Assembly (NCBI GenBank): GCA_036351155.1
Contig: JAZBOO010000104.1
Span: 1 to 41,259, forward strand
Reading direction: 5' to 3'
DNA from: Candidatus Krumholzibacteriia bacterium
GTDB lineage: Bacteria > Krumholzibacteriota > Krumholzibacteriia > LZORAL124-64-63
Length of the DNA stretch: 41,259 nucleotides
Shown here: positions 1-7,454 of the stretch, piece after piece
Numbering within the stretch: the first letter of the stretch is position 1
Layout: each line of letters opens with the position of its first letter
Notes under the pieces: generated by a model
What the model was told of the DNA's origin: nothing
The model's input: only the letters and a program-made list of their open reading frames with translations
Database searches by the model: none
Program-made: the position numbers and the translations under genes

Positions 1-28
1 AAAACAGGGTTTGGGCCCCGAGGAGTTG

Positions 29-56
29 TTGACAATCAAAAATCTGTACATAAACT
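29..56 (+). promoter_or_regulatory. sigma70-like promoter for the PD40 lipoprotein gene
   Basis: TTGACA (29-34), 16-nt spacer, TAAACT (51-56), in an AT-rich patch. Confidence 0.55.
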
Positions 57-151
57 GGGAGGACCTGCCGATCTCTCCCACGGGCTTCCTTCCTTGCCTG
101 GGCAGGATTGTTTTCCAATACCGTCAAAAGATACCTTCAGGAGGGTTCTGT

Positions 152-1063
152 ATGCGTTCGTTAAGGATGAACTTGTTGCTCATGGTCATGGTGGCCCTTT
201 TTCTGGGGGGTTGTGGGAGCGACAATGACCCGGGCACCACCAACCCGCCGGCCCGTATTCCCGTGGTCCAGCAGGTGACCGACAATGACGAATTCGAGGG
301 TAATCCCATGTATAGCCCGGACGGGAACTGGATCCTGTTCGAGGCCGAGATGAATGGGAATTATGATATCTACCGCATGGCGGTGAGCGGGGGAACTCCG
401 GAACGTCTGACCACCGATCCCGGATTCGACTCGGTGCCGTGCTGGTCGCCCGACGGCCAGAGCATCGCCTGGGAATCGGACCGCAGCGGCAACAAGGACA
501 TCTGGACGCTGGATCTGGTCACCCCGGGCGCCGAACCGGTGCGTCTGACCCTGCTGGACAGCCAGGACGCCAGCCCGGCCTGGTCACCCGACGGCACCCG
601 CATTGTTTTCGAGTCCAATCGGGACAAGACCGGATCTGACCTGTACGTTTTGCCGGCTGGCGGTGGCGATCTCCTGCGGGTGACCAACACTCCCAATAAT
701 GTTTACAACCGCACGGCTTTCTGGTCCCCGGACAGCGCCCAGCTGGTTTACGAGTCGAATGTGACCGGTTTTTCCACCCTGCAGATCGTGGACGCCACCG
801 GCGGAACGGGCACGAGCATCACGCCGGATCCCGGTTACGAAGGCCATCCTTCCTGGTCCCCCGATGGGACCCAGATCGCCTTCGAATCCACCCGGGACGG
901 CACTTCGGAAATCTACACCGTGGCGGTCACGGGTGGCGACCTGTTCCAGGTGACCACCAGTGGCGGCTGGTGGCCCAGCTGGTCTCCCGATGGTACGGAG
1001 ATCGTCTACTGCGTGTTCGCCTTCGGCGAGCCCAACATCTGGACGGTGGCGGTCGACTGGTAA
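152..1063 (+). CDS. TolB-like PD40-repeat beta-propeller lipoprotein
   Basis: ATG at 152 after GGAGGG RBS; signal peptide with lipobox LGGC; six P-x-W/Y-SPDG/S repeats, mostly followed by I-x-F/W-ES. Confidence 0.85.
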   Translation: MRSLRMNLLLMVMVALFLGGCGSDNDPGTTNPPARIPVVQQVTDNDEFEGNPMYSPDGNWILFEAEMNGNYDIYRMAVSGGTPERLTTDPGFDSVPCWSPDGQSIAWESDRSGNKDIWTLDLVTPGAEPVRLTLLDSQDASPAWSPDGTRIVFESNRDKTGSDLYVLPAGGGDLLRVTNTPNNVYNRTAFWSPDSAQLVYESNVTGFSTLQIVDATGGTGTSITPDPGYEGHPSWSPDGTQIAFESTRDGTSEIYTVAVTGGDLFQVTTSGGWWPSWSPDGTEIVYCVFAFGEPNIWTVAVDW

Positions 1064-1084
1064 AAGATCGCACGCTTGGTTCAG

Positions 1085-1114
1085 GGCCTCACCTTCAGGT
1101 GGGGCCTTTTTTTT
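1085..1114 (+). terminator. Rho-independent terminator
   Basis: GGCCTCACC-ttca-GGTGGGGCC stem followed by T8. Confidence 0.85.
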
Positions 1115-1235
1115 GCACCTCGGTGTCCTTCTGGGAAAGGACCAGGATTCCTGTTGGAAAAGAATAAGCCCGGGTGATAGTCTGTGTTCATCCAATTCCT
1201 CACCGCATGTTCTGGCAGGCTTCTGGGAGGCTGAC

Positions 1236-2465
1236 ATGAGACGCCAAATGATTTTTTTGCAAATGTTTATCGCCTTTCTGGGACTTCTCTTTTGGGGGTG
1301 CGGTGGAGATGATGGCCCTACAAATCCTCCAGTACCTACGGGAAGCATTTCCATTGAAGCGGCGCCGAATGATTTTGAAGCGCCGTGGCAATTGACCGGT
1401 CCTGACACCAGTAGTTTGAGAGGAGCTGGAAATCTCACAATTTCTGAAGTTGCCCCGGGGGATTACACCCTGATCTGGGGGGCCGTCGAGGGCTGGATTG
1501 ACCCTGGCTCTTCGACTCAAACTCTGGATGCGGGTGCCACCGTTTCCTTCAGCGGCACCTACTATTCAGAGACCCCGGACTATCTTCCGGGTTTCGTCTT
1601 GATCCCCCCTGCGGACCTGGCTGTTCCCGCAACTTTTACCATGGGCAGTTCTCTTCATGAGGGTCACATGCCCATTGATTCAGATCCGCATCAAGTCACT
1701 CTGACCGATCGTTTCTACATGGCTTCCACCGAGGTGACTGTTGGTCAATTTGTCGAAGCCTTGCAATGGGCGTATGACCAGGGGCATGTCACGGCTGAAG
1801 GAGCCTCGATTTTTGACGCCCTGGATGGATCGACCCAGGAGCTCCTCGATGTTGCAGATTCCAGTTTGAAAATTGATTTCAGCAATGGGGTTTTCGGTAC
1901 ATCGTTTCCAGATCTTCCCATCCTCGCTGTTTCCTGGTATGCGGCGGTGTCGTATTGCGATTGGTTGAGTTTAAAGGCTGATTTGCCCAGGGCATACGAT
2001 CACAGCGACTGGAGCTGCAATGGCGGCAATCCCTATTCCTCTTCAGGGTTTCGTTTGCCCACGGAAGCAGAGTGGGAGTTTGCTTGCCGTGCTGGGACAA
2101 CCACGCATTTCAATACCGGCGATTGCTTGAACGTTGATGGTGAGGCCAACTTTGACGCAAGGTATCTGAATTTTTTTGATTGTCCCCACGGGTGGCACCT
2201 GGGCCACGTCGTTGAAGTGGGGAGCTATCCTGCCAATCAATGGAATCTCCATGATTTACATGGCAATGTTGCGGAATGGTGTCAAGACTGGTACGGGAGC
2301 TACAACGGGGATGTGACAAATCCAGCTGGTTCCGAAGTGGGTGAAAACAAAATCGTTCGAGGAGGCAGCTGGAGTAGCTATCCGGACAACTGCCGATCTG
2401 CAATGCGGGACTTCAGCAACCCGCTTGAACGATACTACTTGATTGGCTTCCGACCAGTGAGATAG
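1236..2465 (+). CDS. Formylglycine-generating-enzyme (FGE-sulfatase/SUMF1, CLec fold) domain lipoprotein
   Basis: ATG 1236 after GGAGG; lipobox FWGC; motifs FTMGS, EVTVGQF, RLPTEAEWEFACRAG, DLHGNVAEW, RGGSW, GFR. Confidence 0.85.
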   Translation: MRRQMIFLQMFIAFLGLLFWGCGGDDGPTNPPVPTGSISIEAAPNDFEAPWQLTGPDTSSLRGAGNLTISEVAPGDYTLIWGAVEGWIDPGSSTQTLDAGATVSFSGTYYSETPDYLPGFVLIPPADLAVPATFTMGSSLHEGHMPIDSDPHQVTLTDRFYMASTEVTVGQFVEALQWAYDQGHVTAEGASIFDALDGSTQELLDVADSSLKIDFSNGVFGTSFPDLPILAVSWYAAVSYCDWLSLKADLPRAYDHSDWSCNGGNPYSSSGFRLPTEAEWEFACRAGTTTHFNTGDCLNVDGEANFDARYLNFFDCPHGWHLGHVVEVGSYPANQWNLHDLHGNVAEWCQDWYGSYNGDVTNPAGSEVGENKIVRGGSWSSYPDNCRSAMRDFSNPLERYYLIGFRPVR

Positions 2466-2520
2466 GGATCCGAAAACAGCCCGAAAAAAGGGCCGCCTGA
2501 CGGGATTTGACAGGCAAAGA

Positions 2521-2554
2521 AAAGCGGCCGCATCTGGAGAGATGCGGCCGCTTT
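2521..2554. terminator. Bidirectional terminator between FGE gene and tRNA-Glu
   Basis: Perfect 15-bp stem AAAGCGGCCGCATCT-ggag-AGATGCGGCCGCTTT between convergent genes. Confidence 0.8.
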
Positions 2555-2561
2555 CACAATT

Positions 2562-2636
2562 TGGCATCCCCGACGGGGATCGAACCCGTGTTGCCGCCGT
2601 GAAAGGGCGGTGTCCTAACCACTAGACGACGGGGAC
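2562..2636 (-). tRNA. tRNA-Glu (TTC)
   Basis: Reverse complement GTCCCCGTCGTCTAGTGGTTAGGACACCGCCCTTTCACGGCGGCAACACGGGTTCGATCCCCGTCGGGGATGCCA: cloverleaf, TTC anticodon, encoded CCA. Confidence 0.97.
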
Positions 2637-2654
2637 GCCTGATTCCGAGGCGCT

Positions 2655-2683
2655 AAACTAGGCATTGGCCGCCCGCTTGTCAA
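2655..2683 (-). promoter_or_regulatory. sigma70 promoter of tRNA-Glu
   Basis: On the minus strand TTGACA (2683-2678), 17 nt, TAGTTT (2660-2655). Confidence 0.7.
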
Positions 2684-2731
2684 ATCCCGGACCGCAGAAT
2701 TCCTGCAGCCTCGAACGGGCCCGGCATGGCC

Positions 2732-4099
2732 CTATTTTGCCGCCTCCTCCATCAGAATGGCCGAAGTGCGGATGCCCCGCCAGAAGTTGTCCAGGTGGAA
2801 CTTCTCGTTGGGGGAGTGGATGTTGTCCGTGGACAGCCCGTAACCCAGCAACAGCACCGGGGATTTCAGGCAGGCCTGGAAGGTTCCCACGATGGGAATA
2901 CTGCCCCCCTCGCGGATGAACACGGGCTTGGCGCCGAAGCCCCGCTCGAGGGAGCGCATGCCGGCCTGCATCATGTCCGACTTGCGCGGGACCAGCACCG
3001 GATTTGCCCCGTGGTGGTCGATCACCTCGACCTCGACCCCTGCCGGGGCGATGGACAGCACATACTCCTCGAACGCCCTGGCAATCTTTTTCGGGTCCTG
3101 GTTGGGCACCAGGCGCATGGAAACCTTGGCCAGAGCACGCGAGGGAATGATGGTCTTGGCCCCCTCGCCGCCGTACCCGCAGACCAGTCCGTTGACGTCG
3201 CAGGTGGGGCGGGCCCACATGCGCTCCAGGGTGGTGAAGCCCTTCTCGCCGAAAGCTGCGGGAGCTCCCGTTTCCCGGCGCAGAATCTCGTCGGTGTAGC
3301 CCAGCTCGGCAAAGCCGTCGCGCTCTTCCTGGTCCAGTTCCAGGACGTCGTCGTAGAAGCCGGGAACCAGGCAGCGCCCATCAGCATCCTTCAGCCTGGA
3401 CACGATCTCGGCCAGGGCGTTGCCGGGGTTCTGCACCGTGCCGCCGTAGCTGCCCGAGTGCAGATCCATGTCCGGGCCCTTGACCCTGATTTCCATGTAG
3501 GCCAGACCCTTCAGGCTGTAGCAGATGCCGGGGGTGGTCTCGTTGTACAGGGTGGTGTCCGATACAATGATGGCGTCGCAGGCCAGCTTCTCGGGGTTCT
3601 GCTCGGTGAAGCGGTAAATGCTGGTGCCGCCGGCTTCCTCTTCTCCTTCGATGATGAACTTGACGTTCACGGGCAACTCTTCATCTTCCCGCAGGTAGGC
3701 TTCCAGCGCCTTGATGTGAGTGTAGACCTGACCCTTGTCGTCGCTGGCGCCGCGGGCGTAAATGATGCCGTCCTTGATCACCGGATCGAAGGGCGGATTG
3801 TCCCACAGGTCCAGCGGATCCACGGGCTGCACATCGTAGTGGCCATAGAACAGGAGGGTCTTGCGGTCGGGCCGTTGTTCGGTCTGCGCAAAGACCAGCG
3901 GATGGCCGCCCATGTCGATGACTTCCACCTCGAGCCCCAGCTCCCTGAGCTCGTCGGCCACGAAAACCGAGGCGCGTTTTGTGTCCTCGTCATGGTCACT
4001 CTGGGAGCTGATGCTGGGGATCCTCAGGAACTCGCACAGCTGATCGACATGGTGCTGACGGTTGGCGTCCAGATAGGCGAGTACTTTTTCGCTGGCCAT
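2732..4099 (-). CDS. M20 family dipeptidase (ArgE/DapE-like)
   Basis: YGHYDVQP, ARGASDDKGQ, EGEEEAG, DLHSG, GGSIP, NIHSPNE metal/catalytic motifs; AGGAGG RBS. Confidence 0.93.
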   Translation of the reverse strand: MASEKVLAYLDANRQHHVDQLCEFLRIPSISSQSDHDEDTKRASVFVADELRELGLEVEVIDMGGHPLVFAQTEQRPDRKTLLFYGHYDVQPVDPLDLWDNPPFDPVIKDGIIYARGASDDKGQVYTHIKALEAYLREDEELPVNVKFIIEGEEEAGGTSIYRFTEQNPEKLACDAIIVSDTTLYNETTPGICYSLKGLAYMEIRVKGPDMDLHSGSYGGTVQNPGNALAEIVSRLKDADGRCLVPGFYDDVLELDQEERDGFAELGYTDEILRRETGAPAAFGEKGFTTLERMWARPTCDVNGLVCGYGGEGAKTIIPSRALAKVSMRLVPNQDPKKIARAFEEYVLSIAPAGVEVEVIDHHGANPVLVPRKSDMMQAGMRSLERGFGAKPVFIREGGSIPIVGTFQACLKSPVLLLGYGLSTDNIHSPNEKFHLDNFWRGIRTSAILMEEAAK

Positions 4100-4182
4100 T
4101 TTGGCCTCCTTCTAGTAGATTCCCGGGGCTTGCGGGGGTTTTAGCTTTCTGGGTTCAGGGCTTCCCGTAACAAAATCTACTC

Positions 4183-4211
4183 TTGACACTACTGGCTGTC
4201 GAGGCCATTGT
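4183..4211 (+). promoter_or_regulatory. Putative sigma70 promoter of the histone-fold gene
   Basis: TTGACA (4183-4188), 17 nt, CATTGT (4206-4211); weak -10. Confidence 0.4.
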
Positions 4212-4342
4212 GTCGCCACTCGCTGGCTACCAACGGATGGTGGCTGGTCATTGAAACGAAGCGGTCCGCTCTTCTCGGCGGCTGGTTGCCTAAGCCGGTC
4301 CGGCCGGGGACAAGAGAGGACCAAACCCCTGGGGAGGATCCC

Positions 4343-4513
4343 ATGGCTGACATGATCATTAGCAAGAGCAAAACCAAAGAGTCCGTCACCGAGTGCAATG
4401 TTTCCGGTGAGTTCTACACTGCCCTGGACGCCAAGGTTCGCGAGCTCATCGCTGCTGCCGAAAAGCGCGCCATGGACAACGGCCGTAAGACCGTCCGCCC
4501 CTACGACCTGTAG
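4343..4513 (+). CDS. Small bacterial histone-fold protein (56 aa, truncated alpha3 type)
   Basis: ATG 4343 after GGAGGA; MADMIISKSKTKESVTECNVSGEFYTALDAKVRELIAAAEKRAMDNGRKTVRPYDL contains a short basic alpha1, an NVS loop, a long amphipathic alpha2 and the histone RxTxxxxD motif (RKTVRPYD). Confidence 0.85.
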   Translation: MADMIISKSKTKESVTECNVSGEFYTALDAKVRELIAAAEKRAMDNGRKTVRPYDL

Positions 4514-4569
4514 GCTCGGTCCTCTGGCTGGACTGCATCCTCCCTGGGTACGGTCTGTTTTTGGATTCA

Positions 4570-4642
4570 GCGGGGACCCTCTCGGGGGTTCCCGTTTTTA
4601 AAAGCCTCCCGTGTCGCCCTGGGGTGACGGGGAGGCTTTTTC
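4570..4642 (+). terminator. Two tandem terminator-like hairpins after the histone gene
   Basis: CGGGGACCCT-ctcg-GGGGTTCCCG-TTTTT (4571-4599), then AAAAGCCTCCC...GGGAGGCTTTTT (4600-4641). Confidence 0.75.
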
Positions 4643-4760
4643 TGTCTCCCGGGATTACCCGCGCGCCCTCCCGGAGAGGCGGGGCCCCCTTTTTTTCCCC
4701 GATTTTTGATAGGCCTGGATATTGCAGCCGGCGGCTTTTCGCTCCCGGTTGGACAGGGCC

Positions 4761-6299
4761 ATGCCCCATCAAATTCATACTGCCGCCCTCTCGGGCATCG
4801 ACGGGCTGATGGTCCGGGTCGAGGTCGACGTCTGCCGTGGACTGCCCGGCATGCAGCTCGTGGGACTGCCCAACGCCGAGGTCCGGGAGAGCCGGGAAAG
4901 GGTTCTGGCAGCCCTGCGGAACAGCGATTGTCACCCGCCGGCCGGCAAGATCACCATCAATCTGGCCCCGGCGGGGCTGCGGAAAGAGGGAGCCAGCTAC
5001 GATCTGGCCATTGCCATGGCTGTCCTGGCGGCGGGCACCCGGGTCACCCGGACCGCAGCGATCACCGTCCGGGAGAGGGCTCTCTTCGTGGGGGAGCTTT
5101 CCCTGTCCGGTGAACTCCGACCCGTGAGAGGACTGCTGGCCATGACCGATGCGGCGGTGAAGGCCGGTCTGACCAGCGTGGTGGTTCCCGCCGAGCAGTC
5201 CTGGGAGGCGGGCTTGATTCCCGGGGTCGAGGTGATCGGGGTGGCCAACCTGAGGGAAGCGGTGGCCTGGTGGCTCCAGGGTGCCGCTCCGGGAGGAGGT
5301 GAGGAGGGGCGAATCCCGGGGCCTTCCCGAGGCTCGACCCAGGCTGATCTGGATGGTTTCGTGGCGGATCTGCAGGGGATGCCTCTGTTGCGCAAGGCGG
5401 CCATTGTCAGCCTGGCCGGAGGGCACAATCTGCTGATGTGTGGACCACCCGGCACCGGGAAAACGCGCCTGGCCCGAGGGCTGGCAAAACTTCAGCCTCC
5501 ACTCGATGTGACCGAGGCGCTGGAGGTGACCCGCATCCACAGCGCGGCCGGCACCCTGGCTGTGCCTGGCTTGATGCGCCATCGTCCTTTCCGGGCGCCT
5601 CACCATTCGGTCACCCGGGCCGGATTGCTGGGCGGCGGGTCCAGCCTGCGCCCGGGGGAGGTGACCCTGGCTCACCGCGGTTTGCTCTTTCTGGATGAAC
5701 TGGCCGAATTCTCGGCCGGAGTTCTGGACGTTCTGCGCGAGCCCCTGGAAGAGGGGAGCGTGCGGATGGCGCGGGGCGGCGGCACCCGCACCTACCCGGC
5801 GCGGTTTCAACTGGTGGCGGCCATGAACCCCTGTCGGTGCGGTTTCGCGGGCAGCGGAGTGCGCACCTGTCGATGCTCGGCCGGTGAATTGAGACGGTAC
5901 CGGGGACGCCTGGCAGGTCCATTGCTGGACCGCTTCGATCTCTTCGTCGAGCTGGGCACCTGGCAGGGAGCCTTTCTGTCCGGGGCTGTGGCCAGGAGCG
6001 GACCGGGCACCTCGGCGGTCGAGCATGATTGGCGGAGTCGGCCCCTCATCGAGGATCTCAACCGGATCCGGATTCAACGCCGGGAAGAGGATGATCTGCC
6101 TGAACTGGGGGCAGGACCTGCAGCCTATCTGGACTCCATGCGCGGGCGGCTGGGATTGTCGCTGCGCGGAGTCCATCGCTGCGTGGCGGTGGCCCAGACC
6201 CTGGCCGCCCTGGATGGACAGACCCGCATTGGCGAGGGGCACCTGCTGGAGGCCCTGGAGTTCCGGCAGTGGACCTGGGAGACGGCCGTGGCGGGGTAA
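4761..6299 (+). CDS. comM: YifB/ComM family Mg-chelatase-like AAA+ ATPase
   Basis: N-terminal VRVEVD...VGLP...ESRERV, INLAPA; Walker A GPPGTGKT; RAPHHS, LAHRGLLFLDE, NPCRCG, GPLLDRFD. Confidence 0.9.
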   Translation: MPHQIHTAALSGIDGLMVRVEVDVCRGLPGMQLVGLPNAEVRESRERVLAALRNSDCHPPAGKITINLAPAGLRKEGASYDLAIAMAVLAAGTRVTRTAAITVRERALFVGELSLSGELRPVRGLLAMTDAAVKAGLTSVVVPAEQSWEAGLIPGVEVIGVANLREAVAWWLQGAAPGGGEEGRIPGPSRGSTQADLDGFVADLQGMPLLRKAAIVSLAGGHNLLMCGPPGTGKTRLARGLAKLQPPLDVTEALEVTRIHSAAGTLAVPGLMRHRPFRAPHHSVTRAGLLGGGSSLRPGEVTLAHRGLLFLDELAEFSAGVLDVLREPLEEGSVRMARGGGTRTYPARFQLVAAMNPCRCGFAGSGVRTCRCSAGELRRYRGRLAGPLLDRFDLFVELGTWQGAFLSGAVARSGPGTSAVEHDWRSRPLIEDLNRIRIQRREEDDLPELGAGPAAYLDSMRGRLGLSLRGVHRCVAVAQTLAALDGQTRIGEGHLLEALEFRQWTWETAVAG

Positions 6300-6324
6300 A
6301 AAAAGGGCAGCCTGGGGCTGCCCT
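6298..6324 (-). terminator. Terminator of the OMP gene (convergent with comM)
   Basis: Minus strand AGGGCAGCC-cca-GGCTGCCC followed by a T7 run. Confidence 0.75.
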
Positions 6325-6349
6325 GAAGAAACGCGAGAGAGACAGAGTG

Positions 6350-7267
6350 CTAGAAGCTGCCCTGGACCCCCAGGGAGAAGCTGATGGCACTGACCGACTG
6401 GGACTCGAAAGACTCCACGCGCCGTTCATCAAAGCTTTCGCCCACGATGGGGTACTCGTTCAGGGGGATCAGCGTGGTGCCTTCATCCAGCTTGCGGAAG
6501 TACTCGGCCGGGGTGAACTCCACCGTGTGGCTGTGGAACAGGGCCTCGAGACGGATGCTGATGTTTTCATCGGCCAGCAACCGAATGCCGCCACCGATGT
6601 TCACGTCGGAGGTTCCTGCGGCTCCATCGGTGTAGTTGGAGTTCATGTCGTACCACATCTTGGAGAACCCGGCGGTCAGGAAGGGGTGCAAGCGACCCTG
6701 GGCATCACCCTTGATGTTGAAGGGGTACACCAGGGCGTTGAGCCCAACCGAGCCGGTGATCAGGGACCGCGCCTCGGCGTCGAATTCGCCCAGCACGGGT
6801 TCGAAGGGGAGCACGGGGCTGCCGGCTTCGTTGGGCCGCTGGACGCGGTTTTCCACCGTGGTCGTATATTCTGCAAAGGAAACGGTGCCGATGCCTTCGA
6901 GGGCAAACCACTTGGTGAAATTGTAGCCCAGCCGGATGCCCGGCTTGAAGGAGTTGGCCCCTTCAATGGCGACATCGCCCCAGTAGGTGCTTTCCTCGGT
7001 GTACTTGTAGATGATCTGGTCGTGGGCCAGAAGAGTCGTTTTCAGATTGATGAAACCCAGGAAAAAACTGAACTCCATCGTGCCTTTGTGGATGGCGGGA
7101 ACCCAGCGGGCGGCCGCCTCTTCTTCAAGTTCCAGCTCGGCGGCAGCCGTGGCGCTGTCGCGGAGCAACCGGAATGAAGGCTCGGCCTCGGTGTCCTGCG
7201 CCCAGCTGGGGGTGCAAACAGCGATGAACGCCATGATCATCAAGGCAGACACGAATTTGTGGGACAT
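6350..7267 (-). CDS. Outer-membrane beta-barrel protein (OmpA/porin-like transmembrane domain)
   Basis: ATG 7267 after AGGAG; cleavable signal peptide (SWA-Q); alternating strands GIRLGYNF, HPFLTAG, NIGGGIR; C-terminal Phe (LGVQGSF). Confidence 0.8.
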   Translation of the reverse strand: MSHKFVSALMIMAFIAVCTPSWAQDTEAEPSFRLLRDSATAAAELELEEEAAARWVPAIHKGTMEFSFFLGFINLKTTLLAHDQIIYKYTEESTYWGDVAIEGANSFKPGIRLGYNFTKWFALEGIGTVSFAEYTTTVENRVQRPNEAGSPVLPFEPVLGEFDAEARSLITGSVGLNALVYPFNIKGDAQGRLHPFLTAGFSKMWYDMNSNYTDGAAGTSDVNIGGGIRLLADENISIRLEALFHSHTVEFTPAEYFRKLDEGTTLIPLNEYPIVGESFDERRVESFESQSVSAISFSLGVQGSF

Positions 7268-7454
7268 TGATTGGCTCCTGTCGGGGCCGAAGCCCTGTTC
7301 TCGCGGGGATTCTCCAGTTTCGCCCGGCCCAAATGGGGAAAACGCAACGCCATTAATTTCAGGTGCGACGCCTTGGGTGTCAATAATTAATGGCAACCCT
7401 TTTGTCCCGGAAGCGTGATATCCTTATCATCAAGGGGTACCCCGGCTGTCGAAA

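Noticed and set aside
2726..4144. 472-aa plus-strand ORF
   Set aside because: Antisense shadow of the M20 dipeptidase, typical of GC-rich codon bias; no recognisable motifs
4114..4181. 8-bp inverted repeat AGTAGATT/AATCTACT in the dipeptidase-histone intergenic region
   Set aside because: Short and 52 nt apart; compatible with chance
4208..4342. N-terminal extension of the histone ORF to 101 aa
   Set aside because: The RBS (GGAGGA) sits directly before ATG 4343, and the extension has no histone-like or other features
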